Source of the DNA: Macrostomum lignano
Taxonomy: Eukaryota
DNA length: 64,000 nt
Assembly (NCBI GenBank): GCA_002269645.1
Contig: NIVC01000230.1
Coordinates: forward strand, 124,001 to 188,000
Direction: 5' to 3'
How positions within the stretch are numbered: position 1 is the stretch's first letter; the number at the start of each line of letters is the position of its first letter. Below the pieces are notes generated by a model. That model worked only from the letters and a program-made list of their open reading frames with translations, was not told where the DNA came from and searched no databases. Of this stretch, positions 60,225-64,000 are shown in pieces. Both the position numbers and the translations under genes were made by a program.

Positions 60225-60620
60225 ATCTTCCCGGGATTCCCCATTTAAGAATCTCCTTGGGATTCTCCACTTCAGAATGTCCCCGTGATTCCCCATTCAA
60301 GAATATCCTTTGGATTCTCCACTTCAGAATGTCCCCTGGATTCCCCATTCAAGAATCTCCTTGGGATTCCCCACTTCAGAATGTCCCCTAGATTCCCCAT
60401 TCAAGAATCTCCTTGGGATTCCCCACTTCAGAATGTCCCGGGATTCCCCATTCAAGAATCTCCTTTGGATTCTCCACTTCAGAATGTCCCCTGGATTCCC
60501 CATTTAAGAATCTCCTTGGGATTCCCCACTTCAGAATGTCCCCTGGATTCCCCATTTAAGAATCTCCTTTGGATTCCCCACTTCAGAATGTCCCCGGGAT
60601 TCCCCATTCAAGAATCTCTA
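60225..60620. repeat. ~47-50-bp dimeric minisatellite (ggattccccattcaagaatctcct / ggattccccacttcagaatgtcccc) just upstream of the HSD17B4 ATG
   Basis: Alternating related subunits are visible. Confidence 0.9.
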
Positions 60621-61041
60621 TAAATCCATGTAAATAAAGATTCTAAATTTAAATTCCACTGTAAATTGCCCTCCACTCATTCCAGTCCCGAACCCGCTTA
60701 GCAACAGCAGCCATGGCGTCGAGTTTGTCAACTTGCTCGGCCGCTCCGACCGGTCAGCTCAGATTCGACAATCGGGTTGCCATAGTAACCGGAGCCGGCG
60801 CCGGCCTAGGCCGACAGTACGCTCTGTACTTTGCCGCCAGAGGCGCCAGCGTGGTGGTGAACGACCTTGGCGGCGGCATCCACGGCGGGGACAGCGGCGA
60901 CAGCAGGCCGGCCGACCTGGTGGTCCGGGAGATCCAATCAGCTGGCGGCACCGCCGTGGCCAACTACAGCTCTGTGGAAGATGGAGAGGCCGTTGTCAAG
61001 ACGGCCATTGATCGGTTAGCGAGGGGCCGGATGCGCGCTAG

Positions 61042-61465
61042 AAATACCCTATTAAAATAAATAACCGCTACGAATACCCCACTCAAATAAATACCCACTA
61101 GAAATACCCTACTCGAATAAATACCCGCTAGAAATACCCTACTCGAATAAATACCCGCTAGAAATATCCTATTCAAATAAATACCCACTAGAAATACCCT
61201 AATCAAATAGATACCCCCTAGAAATACCCCACTCAAATAAATACCCACTAGAAATACCATACTAGAATAAATACCCGCTAGAAATACCCTACCTAAATGA
61301 ATACTCGCTAGAAACACCCTACTTAAATAAATACCTACTATAAATACCCTACTCGAATAAATACCCGCTAGAAATATCCTATTCAAATAAATACCCACTA
61401 GAAATACCCTAATCAAATAGATACCCCCTAGAAATACCCTACTCAAATAAATACCCACTAAAACT
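61042..61465. repeat. 30-bp minisatellite (ctagaaataccctactcgaataaatacccg), HSD17B4 intron 1
   Basis: Tandem units are visible. Confidence 0.93.
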
Positions 61466-62099
61466 ACCCCTAATTAAAACAAAAATTTTCAATCCGGAAA
61501 AAACCGCCGCAGCTTCGGCCGGGTTGACATCCTGGTGAACAATGCCGGCATCCTGCGGGACAAATCGGTGCAGAACATGACGGATCAAGACTGGGATTTG
61601 GTTCATCGAGTGCACATGAGAGGCAGCTTCCTGGTCACCAGAGCCGCTTGGCCGCACATGCGCAGACAGAAATTCGGTCGCATTATTATGACGTCATCGG
61701 CCGCGGGAATCTACGGGAATTTCGGCCAGAGTAATTATAGTTCGGCCAAGCTGGGCTTGCTCGGACTGTCCAACACTCTGGCCTTGGAGGGCAGGAAGTA
61801 CGGCATCCTGTGCAACACCATCGCTCCCATTGCCGGGTCCAGACTCACCGAGTCTGTCATGCCGCCTGATCTCATTGACCAGCTCAAGCCCGAGTATGTT
61901 GCACCTCTGGTGCTGTACCTGTGCCACGACTGCTGTCAGGACAGCGGCGGCCTGTACGAAGTTGGGGCCGGCTGGATTGGCAAACTGCGCTGGGAGCGAA
62001 CCAAGGGAGCCATTGTGCGCTCGGCTGGGAACCCGGCCACGCCCGAGTGCGTGCGGGACAACTGGGCCCGGATCTGCGACTTCTCTGTGGGTTCCGGCT

Positions 62100-63185
<1,086 letters not shown>

Positions 63186-64000
63186 GTGTATGTGTGTTTG
63201 CGTAGACTCTCCGTCGGTTTAAAACCCTCGTTAGCGGGACCTTTCGATTACATGGACCCTTTAAGTGGACCACTTTAAATTTCCTCGATGGGAAGTACAG
63301 AGAGGGTTTATCTTGACTGACTGCATAGTCTGAAAGGCAGCCATTACTGTGGCCAAAGTCCCTCTACTTAAAGTAGTTTAGATTTTAAGTATTGAGTATT
63401 TTAGTTTACAAGGACCTTTAACACAGTCCACCCAAACCACATCGCTGAGGTCCACCTAACCCGAAAACAGACAAATTTCATACATACATAGTGTATGTTT
63501 TGTTTGTATGAAAACTTATTTTTTATGATATAGCTCTTTAAAATGCGTGTTTAAGCACATTGTGGCATTTTTGAGTTGCAGAAGCAAGCTTACTAAACAG
63601 GCCGAAGTGATTGGAATGTAAAATAAAATTGAAGTTTCTGCTACAAACGAAGCTCCGATGTAGCCCATAATGACTAAAAATTCACGAGATGGTTTTATTT
63701 ATTACTTGTGGTTTCTGAAACAAAACTGTTCACTGATATTCCTGTCGCTATCATACTTGGAATAAATGCTTCATCAAGTGTTGATTTTAGAGAACCTAGA
63801 TTGAAGGCTATACATGACTACATAATTTCTCATGCTGCATTTGCAGCATTGCTTAATTTAAGGAGACATAAAGACAACAGCCTTGCTTACAGCACGGACT
63901 CCTAAAATAGTTTGTGTGCTTTATATTCAAACGTTTACAGCTTCGGCAACCGATAGGATAGGGCTGGATAATGAAACTTTAAAAGCCGAACCATCCTGAC

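Overview
Animal genomic DNA, not prokaryotic. Its style, with GC-rich exons and nearly every intron filled by a private minisatellite, resembles Macrostomum-type flatworms; that assignment is inference only. Five intron-containing genes lie on the + strand: the 26S proteasome ATPase Rpt6/PSMC5 (4967-14156); two tandem paralogous coiled-coil genes of unknown family (A, ~25415-30048; B, 32136-44448, with an 8.3-kb exon encoding a huge charged disordered region); endophilin A (48422-57753); and the 5' part of peroxisomal MFE-2/HSD17B4 (60713 to window end). Mobile DNA comprises three decayed LINE fragments plus a possible fourth, a complete but dead mariner, a tRNA/CORE-type SINE, a long-TIR element carrying a BEL/Pao gag fragment, and four MITE copies with 8-bp TSDs. 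The most unusual observation is a ~300-bp hAT-type MITE present twice (8283-8580, 51484-51783) that carries a ~63-nt piece of 28S rRNA spanning the R2/I-PpoI target site, with the cleavage core altered. One copy shows strong CpG decay inside a CpG-depleted 5' gene domain. Also notable are an inverted minisatellite pair bracketing an in-frame two-exon cassette, a candidate 9-nt microexon in endophilin, and intron and gene-conversion differences between the paralogs. All gene models, alignments and counts were made by eye and need RNA-seq or alignment confirmation.
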